Shown: positions 35,834 through 37,264 of the stretch, in pieces
Position numbering within the stretch: position 1 is the first letter of the stretch
How the letters are laid out: every line of letters starts with the position of its first letter
UHGV virus genome: UHGV-0087839
Source of the DNA: a virus
Reading direction: 5' to 3' (one strand)
Length of the DNA: 37,264 nucleotides
The notes under the pieces: model-generated
What the model saw: only the letters and a program-made list of their open reading frames with translations
What the model was told of the DNA's origin: nothing
The model's database searches: none
Translations under genes and position numbers: made by a program

Positions 35834-36808
35834 ATGAGCATAAAATCAATTCCGGGAGGGTATCTTCTTGACATGCGCCCGGAGGGGCGTAAAGGCAAAC
35901 GCATTCGCAAAAAATTTAAAACGAAATCGGATGCAGTTTTATATGAGCGGTGGGTGCTGGCGCAACAGCATAACAATGAGTGGAAAGGAAACTCCATTGA
36001 TCGCCGCCCGCTGTCAGTGCTTATTGACTTGTGGTGGAAATACCACGGTCAGCTAATGAAGTCAGGGCATAACACGCGCCTTAAATTGCTGCGCTTGAGT
36101 GAGGCAATGGATGACCCGTGTGTGCATAAACTTAATACAACGATGCTCACCGAGCTACGTGTGTCCAGGATAGAGCAGGGGATACAGCCCAGCACCATTA
36201 ATCGAGAGATTGGGGCGTTAAGCGCGATGTTTACCGCACTCATCTCATCCGGCCATTTTCTTAACGATAACCCCGTTCAAGGCCTTAAAGGAATGAAGGT
36301 TAACGAGCGCGAAATGGGATATCTGAGTAAGTCTGAATGTGTTCAGTTGCTGGATGCACTGGCTGAAAATCCCGATGAACGGCTGGCTGTCGAAATCCTT
36401 CTGTCGACCGGGGCGCGATGGGGCGAGGTAGCGGCACTGGAGCAGCGCCGTGTTCTTCATTGTCGAATCACTTTTTCAAAAACGAAGAACAGCAAAAACC
36501 GTACCGTTCCTATTTCTGAAAGCCTGTTTGAAAAGATCAAAAAACGGGGCGGGAAACTGGTGTTTCCGACGCTGGATTATCCATTAGTTCGCGATGTCAT
36601 CAAAACGGTCGCACCTGATGTTCCTGACGGCCAGGCTGTTCATGCGCTGCGCCACACCTTCGCCAGTCATTTCATGATGAACGGCGGCAATATTCTGACG
36701 CTCCAGAAAATTCTGGGGCACGCAAAGATTCAGACAACGATGATTTATGCCCATCTTGCGCCGGATTACTTGCAGGATGCGGTGAGATTTAATCCTATTG
36801 CTGGGTAA
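35834..36808 (+). CDS. int: Tyrosine integrase (P2 Int-like)
   Basis: 324 aa from ATG at 35834; C-terminal HxLRHT...Y catalytic region (HALRHTFASHF...MIYAHL). Confidence 0.9.
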   Translation: MSIKSIPGGYLLDMRPEGRKGKRIRKKFKTKSDAVLYERWVLAQQHNNEWKGNSIDRRPLSVLIDLWWKYHGQLMKSGHNTRLKLLRLSEAMDDPCVHKLNTTMLTELRVSRIEQGIQPSTINREIGALSAMFTALISSGHFLNDNPVQGLKGMKVNEREMGYLSKSECVQLLDALAENPDERLAVEILLSTGARWGEVAALEQRRVLHCRITFSKTKNSKNRTVPISESLFEKIKKRGGKLVFPTLDYPLVRDVIKTVAPDVPDGQAVHALRHTFASHFMMNGGNILTLQKILGHAKIQTTMIYAHLAPDYLQDAVRFNPIAG

Positions 36809-36818
36809 GGAGGATGTT

Positions 36819-37214
36819 GTGGAAAAAACAGTTAATAGCGATTTGCATCTAGGTCAGTACTGGAGAATAGACATTGTATGCGATCCAGAACTTCGAGATG
36901 AGGTTGAGCAATATTTTTCTCTACACGATGTTGGTTTTAGCAAAATTGAAGTTTTTTCCGTCGAAAATCCATATAAACTTGCTCTGTTCTTTGATTTCGC
37001 GAAGAAGGGTGTGGAGGTTGCAAAAGCCATTATGGGACTCTTAGACCGAAATGATATTGAAATAACGATGTATCGTGCTACGGACAGTAGCCCGCAGTCT
37101 GTAAAAAGCATCAAATTGCGTAAGTCTGAAGACGTAGAGAAATGTAAAGATTTGCTTAGTACGTGTGTCGCAATTGGCGTTCAACGAAATAAGGAAAAAG
37201 AGGGGAGCGAATGA
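36819..37214 (+). CDS. Hypothetical protein immediately downstream of int (AT-rich cargo)
   Basis: 131-aa ORF from a GTG preceded by AAGGAGG; its stop overlaps the ATG of a following ORF. Confidence 0.45.
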   Translation: MEKTVNSDLHLGQYWRIDIVCDPELRDEVEQYFSLHDVGFSKIEVFSVENPYKLALFFDFAKKGVEVAKAIMGLLDRNDIEITMYRATDSSPQSVKSIKLRKSEDVEKCKDLLSTCVAIGVQRNKEKEGSE

Positions 37215-37264
37215 TCCACAAAGTGACCACATCCCTGTTATTTGTTGTGGTTGGCTGTGTTTTT
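37211..37264 (+). CDS. 5' end of a further ORF (MIHKVTTSLLFVVVGCVF...), truncated by the window
   Basis: ATGA overlap with the preceding ORF; hydrophobic N-terminus. Confidence 0.3.
   Translation, partial: MIHKVTTSLLFVVVGCVF

Larger units (their letters stand above)
381..36808. mobile_element. P2-like prophage, near-complete (ogr end to int end); exact att boundaries not identified
   Basis: Contiguous set of P2-family gene products recognised from translations, in conserved P2 module order; tyrosine integrase and C repressor at right end, ogr at left end. Confidence 0.9.

Noticed and set aside
1-37264. CRISPR arrays, rRNA or tRNA genes
   Set aside because: No regularly spaced direct repeats with unique spacers and no cloverleaf-like or rRNA-like conserved stretches were seen on reading; a tRNA at the unidentified att site cannot be fully excluded without a search tool.

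Overview
The window is almost entirely one near-complete P2-like (peduovirus-type) temperate prophage, read here in reverse orientation relative to the usual P2 map. From left to right: ogr, D, tail sheath/tube/E/E'/T/U, a Hin/Gin-family invertase with a multi-cassette tail-fibre switch, H-I-J-W-V-S-R, a lysis cassette, X-L-M-N-O, divergent P-Q, the cos region, replication gene A, an early operon, cox, C repressor and integrase. All family calls rest on reading the translated ORFs for motifs and on synteny; no database search was run. Several AT-rich accessory insertions sit in this backbone. The one I consider most likely to be an undescribed system is a tightly coupled phosphoribosyltransferase plus SLOG/DprA-like Rossmann protein cassette inserted between D and ogr. 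A second cassette at the old/tin position pairs an AAA+ ATPase with an S8 subtilase, which resembles the Iet-type defence pairing as I recall it. Other accessory content includes a Hok-family toxin ORF missed by the ORF track, a ParMRC-type partition module, and a coupled ORF pair downstream of int. No rRNA, tRNA or CRISPR array was recognised.
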